Part shown: positions 63,891 through 64,000 of the stretch, one piece after another
How positions within the stretch are numbered: position 1 is the first letter of the stretch
Layout: each line of letters opens with the position of its first letter
Assembly: GCA_973895155.1 (NCBI GenBank)
Contig: OZ316898.1
Span: 14,042,330 to 14,106,329 of the forward strand
From: Marsupella aquatica
Lineage: Eukaryota > Plantae > Marchantiophyta
Reading direction: 5' to 3'
DNA: 64,000 bases
The notes under the pieces: model-generated
The model's database searches: none
The model's input: the letters and a program-made list of their open reading frames with translations, nothing else
Told to the model about the DNA's origin: nothing
Made by a program: the position numbers and the translations under genes

Positions 63891-64000
63891 GTAGTTCCTG
63901 AGGGAGAGATATAATTGGAATTGACTTAGTTAGCTCCAAACTTTCGCCGTCTGGACCTTGCAGGTGCAGCAAAGGTGCATCGGGCACATTTCTTTTAGCA

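Overview
Eukaryotic DNA, most likely a land plant (spliceosomal introns, Ty1/Copia with tRNA-iMet PBS, plant-type CACTA and FCP1 domains; a non-seed plant is only a guess). Most of the window is a nested transposon stack whose boundaries can be read from TSDs and TIRs. (1) A Copia LTR retrotransposon spans 4439-47470 (TSD CTATA). (2) Its 5' LTR is split by a 35.6-kb CACTA/EnSpm-superfamily element with CACAA termini (4496-40087, TSD TCA). This carries a TnpD-like transposase with a BAH-like tail, a RAD5/RAD16-type SNF2-RING helicase, an RPA70C-like OB-fold ORF, a SAM-domain gene and one more decayed gene. (3) The SNF2 gene is split by a 12.5-kb Sola-like element (7033-19502, TSD CCTC). Besides its transposase, this element appears to encode one spliced fusion of a ParB-like domain, a beta-class amino-DNA-methyltransferase-like domain and an FCP1/HAD phosphatase. 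Each DNA transposon has its own short motif concentrated in its introns and tandem arrays, which recalls VANDAL/VANC sequence-specific anti-silencing. The flanks contain CACAA-type and 8-bp-TSD MITEs, a solo LTR and a roughly 2-kb inverted duplication. Most ORFs are decayed by stop codons and frameshifts. Domain calls come from motif recognition by eye, not from database searches.
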